In this document: positions 63,930-64,000 of the stretch, in pieces
How the letters are laid out: the number at the start of each line of letters is the position of its first letter
How positions within the stretch are numbered: the first letter of the stretch is position 1
Assembly: GCA_951406725.2 (NCBI GenBank)
Contig: OX597816.1
Span: 121,830,001 to 121,894,000, forward strand
Origin: Octopus vulgaris
Taxonomy: Eukaryota
Direction: 5' to 3'
Length of the DNA stretch: 64,000 nt
The notes under the pieces: model-generated
What the model was told of the DNA's origin: nothing
The model's input: only the letters and a program-made list of their open reading frames with translations
The model's database searches: none
Translations under genes and position numbers: made by a program

Positions 63930-64000
63930 GCTTCTGTCACATTCCAGGGAGAAAAACTACAAGTAGTTGATAGCTTTCATTACCTAGGTGACCAAGTCAG
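63930..64000 (+). mobile_element. RTE fragment running off the window
   Basis: SVTFQGEKLQVVDSFHYLGDQV matches about 52968-53037. Confidence 0.8.

Overview
AT-rich, intron-rich animal genomic DNA. The repeat landscape (tRNA-derived SINEs with internal CA/TA microsatellites, RTE elements with (GAT)n tails, TTAA MITEs) suggests an octopus or other coleoid cephalopod; this is an inference, not a database result. Two host genes lie head to head about 28 kb apart. On the minus strand is coding exon 1 of a WDFY1/2-family gene (28452-28603); no exon 2 was found, so intron 1 appears to run past the left edge. On the plus strand are coding exons 1-3 of mitochondrial 3-hydroxyacyl-CoA dehydrogenase HADH (56514-62837). 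Most of the rest is transposon-derived: Tc1/mariner copies (one full-length but inactivated), hAT and piggyBac-type MITEs, Helitron/Helentron-like elements, RTE LINEs, R4/Dong-like, CRE-like and CR1/L2-like LINE remnants, and many SINEs. The most interesting observations are a minimal Penelope-type hammerhead ribozyme nested three levels deep (42760-42850, minus), a head-to-tail SINE array with a B-A-A-B-A-A-B subfamily pattern, a 1.4-kb foldback and a second hairpin in HADH introns (candidate A-to-I editing substrates), a PHD-like Cys/His module right after the RT core of an RTE ORF, and several elements stacked on (AAT)n tracts. No prokaryotic system or CRISPR array is present.
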